The position numbers and the translations under genes were made by a program. A stretch of 64,000 bases of DNA from a virus. Shown here piece by piece: positions 63,201 through 64,000 of this stretch (position 1 is the stretch's first letter; every line of letters begins with the position of its first letter). Under the pieces are notes generated by a model. The model was not told the origin of the DNA. It did no database searches and saw only the letters and a list, made by a program, of their open reading frames with translations. The stretch lies in the IMG/VR virus record IMGVR_UViG_3300031576_000016, positions 1 through 64,000 of that record, one strand, 5' to 3'.

Positions 63201-64000
63201 ACGCGAAGTTCATGTCGCATTACCAGGACCCTACCCTTCACTGCTCAGTTGACCGTTACTCATTGGACCCCTGGAAGGACTACAATGATATCGAAGCATT
63301 CCTATGGGGTGAGGAATATGAGGGGCTTCACGCATATCGACGTGGTGTTCGTAGAGATGCTCGTGCTGTCGGGCTCCGTGCGCCATTGGTCATGAGCGGC
63401 TGGGGTTACGATACCGATGGTAGGCCAACTCCACGTCTCGAAGGCGTTATTGTTGGCATTAGTGGTGGCTGTCCATATGTCGTTTATAGTCCAGGGCACG
63501 GTCTCGCTAGTGGCTATAAGCTTTTCATTTCCGAATCGAGCAACACCACAATCAACGACCGCGAGTGGCCGGTCACAGTTATTGATGCTGACTACTTTGA
63601 GCTTACTGGCTCTTGTGTCAGTCCGGATGATAGCAGTAGTAGTTATAGCGGGTCGGAATCGTGGTCTTCTAATAGCTCATCGAGTTCTGTTTCAGCTTCT
63701 TCTGATTCGTCGCTGAGTTCTTCTTCGACTTACTCTTCGAGTTCTACTTCAAGTTCGAGTAGCTCTGCTTCGAGTGACAGTGACTCTTCCGCTTCGAGTA
63801 TGTCCGATGCGTCCTCGGGCTCTACTGGTAGCAGCGAGTCGTCCTCCAGTGTACTCAATACGTCCGAGTCCAGCTATACACAGAGCAGTAGTTCGTCCTG
63901 GAGCACTTCGAGCGATTCGTCGTCTACGTCGCTTTCGTCTTCGTCCGACTCCAGCTTCAGTTCGGTGAGCAATGCGTCTTCTGATAGCACCGAGTCACAA
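60263..64000 (+). CDS. Baseplate hub / central tail fibre protein, partial; Ser-rich C-terminal part (not in ORF track)
   Basis: ATG at 60263 (MPFTRTTFLGASI...). The segments I translated (start, about 61.3-61.5 kb, 63.2-64 kb) are in one stop-free frame. It contains two E1-FCCH-like beta domains and is Ser-rich from about 63630. Confidence 0.75.
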   Translation, partial: MPFTRTTFLGASIRGFNTAIGWNGQQSTLTVQLVVDPLNGDVFNPPPVGTPIYFQVGYFYFFGLLQKWEKKNDKDGLPTYEAVCVDPKEILDGAQVILGGYSGTTTGIPNLYNAFGFWESTGFGNSYTNESGMPWFRAMSALTTMANTFGGTPFGGPLNFRGYTYSLDLSRLPVPPSYYRVGNVSASVLELIQQICEDAQCDFTVELFGYQIRIRTVSRFAQPPLGTINAITSTNWGGTVVRSNSGLECRNELTTAFLVGGDVNTLYETQGIVQFWGYDLAGSPLTGTDTYFWYPRMVLNPPAPAYAVDAKKRFPVPVISATRPADWDAYRWPDPAPTGPGTQNGYIWARKSLRITAATNATPIVVTTAEPHLFTTGTKVTVAGCLGNTAANGAAWVITYRTATSFSLDTSAGNGNYTGSGTVIWDTVGAGIPAGVVNIGRFTWSNQRQGGELLQGESMTLNATAVAGILGSTTYDCSTFEMRCAQANMESWSSYMHAVRPDMAQRIGLTSRVRNMHPVEGVVLPRDAFNDDAAAVQRRQLMAVQGDLAQKEVAMWQFVKSRADEFMGKKFLVGLPFILQAQDPETLHLKSSYKVTDAGYLPEGATPLGLTSLNEDTFKTQDGRFKAFVKFDNLVGADFEKISAQGTVVENNVLFMDVQVQPNIVFAPAPSAVVTLSGPLLDKVDSGVTGDMSIIAAILQMNPPQAQQVLQAGQQGTVGVRCSPRTRNPAAIAVPLQSNIMTYGPWWAVGAPGKVKFEHDQGLTPWNYGSYTNMANAGLARVGTIISTMQVSEAGTIELAGAPMRPMGGMFSLGDVLSANGPNMTNMDVNYNTNGVTTSFHFKTYTPRFGVFTKGYTERLKKLGQTAQELRRAMRLSFKEQQEVQTAQGEAARTNRRFLEGAPPAVLRESPSELFVARLFHDPNGGATRVGVAVTTTKEGLEFVNAATDGIRDAKADEAYQSTAAMDLAGLFRPFSTRHNAKFMSHYQDPTLHCSVDRYSLDPWKDYNDIEAFLWGEEYEGLHAYRRGVRRDARAVGLRAPLVMSGWGYDTDGRPTPRLEGVIVGISGGCPYVVYSPGHGLASGYKLFISESSNTTINDREWPVTVIDADYFELTGSCVSPDDSSSSYSGSESWSSNSSSSSVSASSDSSLSSSSTYSSSSTSSSSSSASSDSDSSASSMSDASSGSTGSSESSSSVLNTSESSYTQSSSSSWSTSSDSSSTSLSSSSDSSFSSVSNASSDSTESQ

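Noticed and set aside
1-64000. CRISPR array, integrase, IS element, rRNA
   Set aside because: No regularly spaced repeats or recognisable recombinase, transposase or rRNA sequence seen

Overview
This window is part of a large tailed-phage (Caudoviricetes, probably siphovirus-like) genome. It uses genetic code 11 with Shine-Dalgarno sites, and the host cannot be determined from the sequence. It has two divergent arms. The left arm (1-16.9 kb, minus strand) holds about 45 small, mostly translationally coupled early or accessory genes. These include a PvcA/Dit1-like isonitrile-synthase homologue, an uncalled Arg-rich micro-peptide, a gene broken by one in-frame TAG, and two D-arm-less tRNA-like elements. 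A G/C-run and A-tract segment at about 17.3 kb separates the arms and is a candidate packaging site or terminus. The right arm (plus strand) runs: cupin, fatty-acid hydroxylase, sigma factor, GDP-mannose 4,6-dehydratase, HNH and ERCC4 nucleases, large terminase, portal, protease/scaffold, decoration, major capsid, neck, tail tube, chaperones, a 6,291-aa tape-measure protein (TMP) and tail-tip genes. The last gene is serine-rich and runs off the window. The most striking feature is the TMP. It is punctuated by recurring [FYLM]-A-x-GG and TD(S/T)xPAxLxxGE motifs that bracket apparent cargo domains: a protein kinase, an HExxH metallopeptidase, a possible GNAT and a possible sigma-like module. This suggests a processed, injected effector polyprotein. 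A GTGTA motif recurs at late-gene boundaries, and GATC appears to be avoided throughout. All family calls come from motif recognition by eye; no searches were run.
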